This document shows positions 35,385 to 37,212 of a stretch of DNA of 37,212 nt, piece after piece (the first letter of the stretch is position 1; each line of letters starts with the position of its first letter). A program made the translations under genes and the position numbers. Source of the DNA: Chiloscyllium plagiosum (taxonomy: Eukaryota); the NCBI RefSeq assembly GCF_004010195.1, contig NC_057719.1, forward strand, positions 40,200,323-40,237,534. Reading direction: 5' to 3'. A model generated the notes under the pieces. That model worked only from the letters and a program-made list of their open reading frames with translations, did not search any database and was not told the origin of the DNA.

Positions 35385-35515
35385 GGTCACTCTATGACCA
35401 CACCATAAAGGCATGGATCAAATTAATCCAATTCAATGGCAGCAAAAGATTGCCGTATTTCCTCTTCCTCTGAAGGGGAACCAAGGGCTGCCAATGATGT
35501 TTCTTCATCATGATT

Positions 35516-36676
35516 TCAGTAAAGAAGAAGCATTTTCAGGTTGGAGCCAATATTGTCAATAGAAGTTAATATTTTAGCAATAATACGCTTAACTATAGCA
35601 ATACCAACAAAAAGACAAATTAAAACAATAGCACCATACAAAGACATATTAATTAATCAGTTGTACCATGAGCCAAACCCCAATCTTCCCATCCCGCACC
35701 TTCATTCATTTGGTTGACAAAAGTGTGAATATTATCAATATGTCTAGTAATGTTTTTGAAAAGATCAGTGACCCTCATAATGCATTTTCCTTTAACTATA
35801 ACGCAAAGTCCACCTTCCTTCGTAAGTATGTAATTGGTTTTGTTGGGCAAATAGGCACAATTCTGAAAGCATTTCTAATTTCTATTAACGTAGCAGTTGT
35901 CTCATTTCCCAAAATTGTGAGTCCACCAATGTGATAATTATAGTTTTGATGACTAATAATTCTTAAGGACTCTCCTAATGAAAGAAGATTAAGAGCTGCA
36001 TATGCCAATGACTGTGTTTTACTTCTTGAAATGGTCTTTGGATTCTTCCATTCTGCACAGAAATCAGAAGAAACTGTATGTTTAAAAAGGGGAATTATGA
36101 TTTCATTGCCAGATAATTGGACAGGGAACAGGAGTTGGAAATAGTGTTCCTATAGCTACGACATGAGGACTACTTCCTCTATTCAGGACAAGGTAGCGAG
36201 CTGCCTTATTATAACTGAAAAAAAAAATCCAGGTTTAGCATAGGCAATAGAGGGACTTTCCCAGTAAGATGCAGGTCTACATTTGTGACTTACTGGGGTA
36301 TGTGGATAATCCATGATTACATAATTCAGCCCTGGGTGCTGAGGGTGAAAATCAACCAGTACTAATGAAGTGAGTTTCTTGATAAGAAACATGGTCAACA
36401 TCCCAAACCCCTCCAATACCTGAGAAAATATTTGTGCCGTTAGGGGTATCATAATGAAGGTGTGTGTTGTTACCCACTCCAAATAGAGTTTGAATTCCAG
36501 TGATAATAGGGATACATTTTCGTTAAGGCATACAAATGAGATGCAAGGTTGTTCAGAAAAGTAGTGATGACTAATACATTTAATCATAGCACAGGGAAAA
36601 AAGACATTTTTTAGGCACTCTTACATAAGCGCACCCCCATTCCTTACCCTTGTCGTAATTTGGATAGGAGATTGCT
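35516..36676 (-). pseudogene. env: ERV envelope (env) remnant: partial SU and TM, frameshifted
   Basis: GGLTILGNETTATLIEI heptad-like stretch, YILTKEGGLCVIVKGKCI (ISD/Cys-loop-like), NIT sequon, WEDWG, membrane anchor LINMSLYGAIVLICLFVGIAIV-KR; upstream Cys-containing SU-like fragments. Confidence 0.8.
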
Positions 36677-36677
36677 C

Positions 36678-37212
36678 TTTGAGCGCGAGCAGCAGCTAAG
36701 GTAAGACTGTTTGTTTTAAAATTACTTACCGGTAGCGGGCAGCGGTGTTTTTTTTTCTCTCTTTTACAGAAAGAGCGGGAGCAGCAGGGGGAAGTGACGA
36801 AGACCGGAGGGGCAGCTGGGTAGGTTTTTTTCCTATAAAAGCGAGCAGGAGAAGAGGTATGTTGCCTCCCAGGTGCAAGGGTATGTGACGTCTCTGATCG
36901 TGTTTTCCGGGTCCTTAAGGGGGAGGGGGAGCAGCCCGAAGTCGTGGTCCACATTGGCACCAATGACATAGGTAGGAGGAGCGCTGAGGATGTTAGACAG
37001 GCTTTCAGGGAGCTAGGTTGGAAGCTCAGAGTTAGAACGAACAGAGTTGTTGTCTCTGGTTTGTTACCCATGCCACGTGATAGAGAGTCGAGGAATAGGG
37101 AGAGAGAACAGTTAAATGCGTGGCTTCAGGGATGGTGCAGGAGGGAGGGGTTCCAGTTTTTGGATAACTGGGGTTCTTTCTGGGGAAGGTGGGACCTCTA
37201 TAAACAGAATGG
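36678..37212 (+). mobile_element. CR1 LINE 5' end: GC-rich 5'UTR fused to ORF1 esterase (SGNH-like) domain, continuing beyond the window
   Basis: Open frame from about 36856: VCCLPGARVCDVSDRVFRVLKGEGEQPEVVVHIGTNDIG..VSGLLPMPR..LNAWLQGWCRREGFQFLDNW. Confidence 0.9.

Noticed and set aside
36580..37071. 163-aa minus-strand ORF (likewise 31848-32417 and 19030-19506)
   Set aside because: These are antisense read-throughs of TE sequence, some spanning unrelated element junctions.
25565..37212. ASPG exon 5 (expected VPI..ND.R.NL.GAL), including gtgccaaagatatgag near 26419
   Set aside because: There is no AG acceptor and no continuing peptide match; exon 5 is presumably beyond the window.

Overview
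Eukaryotic, TE-dominated DNA from a cartilaginous fish; the HE1-type SINEs and CR1/Penelope families point to a shark, possibly a bamboo/carpet shark (inference). The only host gene I can support is an ASPG-like gene (60 kDa lysophospholipase / L-asparaginase) on the + strand. Its coding exons 1-4 (1304-1430, 7886-8015, 15373-15484, 25439-25564) splice in frame with canonical GT-AG ends; exon 5 is not in the window. The catalytic Thr/Asp residues are kept, but several normally conserved neighbours are changed (GGTMTM, ENQGKP, LTTSQ). The introns hold many CR1 LINEs, a second LINE family, HE1/V-SINEs and Penelope-like terminal-repeat hairpins with hammerhead-ribozyme-like cores. Intron 4 holds a nested cluster: a Gmr1-type Gypsy element, a solo LTR, an L1-clade LINE, an endogenous retrovirus 3' LTR plus env, and a CR1 5' end. 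I see no clearly new biological system. The best leads are the divergent ASPG, the ribozyme-like Penelope foldbacks and the ERV env remnant. TE boundaries are read by eye and are approximate unless a TSD is given.
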